Source: Eledone cirrhosa
Taxonomy: Eukaryota
Reading direction: 5' to 3'
Length of the DNA stretch: 64,000 nt
Assembly: GCA_964016885.1 (NCBI GenBank)
Contig: OZ024742.1
Coordinates: 95,356,001 to 95,420,000 of the forward strand
Translations under genes and position numbers: made by a program
Part shown: positions 62,720 through 64,000 of the stretch, one piece after another
Layout: every line of letters starts with the position of its first letter
Numbering within the stretch: the stretch's first letter is position 1
The notes under the pieces: generated by a model
What the model saw: the letters and a program-made list of their open reading frames with translations, nothing else
Told to the model about the DNA's origin: nothing
The model's database searches: none

Positions 62720-63430
62720 TTTGAAGCAATGGCCTGCCTCTTTAATTGGGTAGCTTTCAAACACCTTACAAGACCAACCAATAGCTCTATCTGGAACCAT
62801 TGCCAAATCCAATAGTATCTGTATCTGGTATCTGTTTCTGATAGATAATTTCTAAAGAACTCTTTGAATGCTTTTATCATGGTAGTTGTAATGTACACAA
62901 AGTTGTTCTGTCTGTCTGCTACATTGATATGTTTACTGGTTGATATTATTGCTTATTGGAAGAACCATTAGAACATTGGACAAATACATTTATGCTATTT
63001 GTTAAGCCCCTTTACATTCTGAGTTCAAACCCATCAATTGTCAACTTTTCCTTTCTTCCTCCAACAGTCAATAAAATAAAGCCCAAGCAAGTATAAGGGT
63101 TAGTTTAATTGACTTTCCACTCATCCAAAATTGATGAACTTGTGCCTAATTTATAAATCATTTATATTATTGTTGTTGTTTGTTTTGGTGGTTGTAGTTA
63201 TGGGTCTTAAAATACTTGTAGTTGTTGTTGAAGCAATGGCATGTCTGTTTAGTTGGGTAACTTTCAAACTCATTCCAAGACATGTCAATAGCTCTATCTG
63301 GAAGTATTGCCAAATCTGGTAGTATTTCTATCTTACAAACAATTTCTAAAGAACTCTTTGAATGCTTTTATCATGGTAGTTATAACATACTCAAAGATGT
63401 TCTGTCTGTCTGCTACTTTGATATATTTAC
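62720..63430. repeat. Diverged ~210-bp direct duplication (62720-62936 / 63228-63430) separated by an old SINE
   Basis: Both contain TTGAAGCAATGGC and AATTTCTAAAGAACTCTTTGAATGCTTTTATCATGGTAGTT. Confidence 0.85.
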
Positions 63431-63589
63431 AAGATGCACATTTTTATTATCACCATCATCATCATTTTTGGTAATGCTGTAGGCTACGCATCATTCTCAT
63501 AATCTATAATATAAAAGAAATAATTATTCTTATTACTTTTAAGTGGCAATTTTATGAGTTGTTCGAGCATCACTATCTATTCTGTCTTT

Positions 63590-63709
63590 TATGGTCTGAA
63601 TTCAAATCCCACCGATGTTAACTTTGCCTTTCATCCTTACGGGATCGATAAAATAAAGTACCTGTAATACACTGGGATAATTGATGGCCATGTGCCAAAA
63701 GTAGAAACA
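63590..63709 (+). mobile_element. 5'-truncated SINE family B copy inserted into an older related SINE
   Basis: 18-bp target duplication ACTATCTATTCTGTCTTT at 63572-63589 and 63710-63727. Confidence 0.85.
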
Positions 63710-64000
63710 ACTATCTATTCTGTCTTTCTGTGCTTAGAGTTCAGATCCTGCTGAAGTCAACTTTGCCTGGCATTGTTTGTGGATCAATAAATAAAGTACC
63801 TGTTCAGAAGCAGAGGTTCTCAAACATTTTGGGCCATCCACCCGCTCTCCAGCAACGTTATACTCTCAACACACTCTACCTCTATTTCCAGAGAGACCTG
63901 CCTACTCGTAAATTGTAGATAATATATAATAAATAAAATCGTTAATTTCTATATAATAAATAATATAATATATACTCTGTGTAAATAAATAATAAATACA

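Overview
AT-rich, repeat-saturated eukaryotic non-coding DNA (intergenic or deep intronic). I can support no host protein-coding exon, rRNA, true tRNA gene or CRISPR array. The repeat set resembles a mollusc genome, probably a cephalopod such as Octopus (inference from repeat families only). The youngest element is a near-intact 3.3-kb RTE-clade LINE (3913-7191, minus) encoding APE + RT with a PHD-type finger inserted in the RT and one in-frame stop. Also present: many decayed RTE copies (two with 5'-inverted segments, one with a templated inverted patch), a Penelope-like GIY-YIG 3' fragment, a full-length decayed mariner interrupted by a TTAA MITE, and Tx1/L1, R4/Dong-like, CR1-like and probable Chapaev-like relics. 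At least four SINE families occur, one carrying both ends of the RTE, plus a 5.7-kb 27-bp satellite and many microsatellites. The least expected signals are two minimal hammerhead-ribozyme motifs (271-315 and 7771-7815, both minus), the first inside an inverted repeat. I found no convincing novel multi-gene system; the findings concern retroelement biology. Boundaries of decayed elements are approximate and were read by eye.
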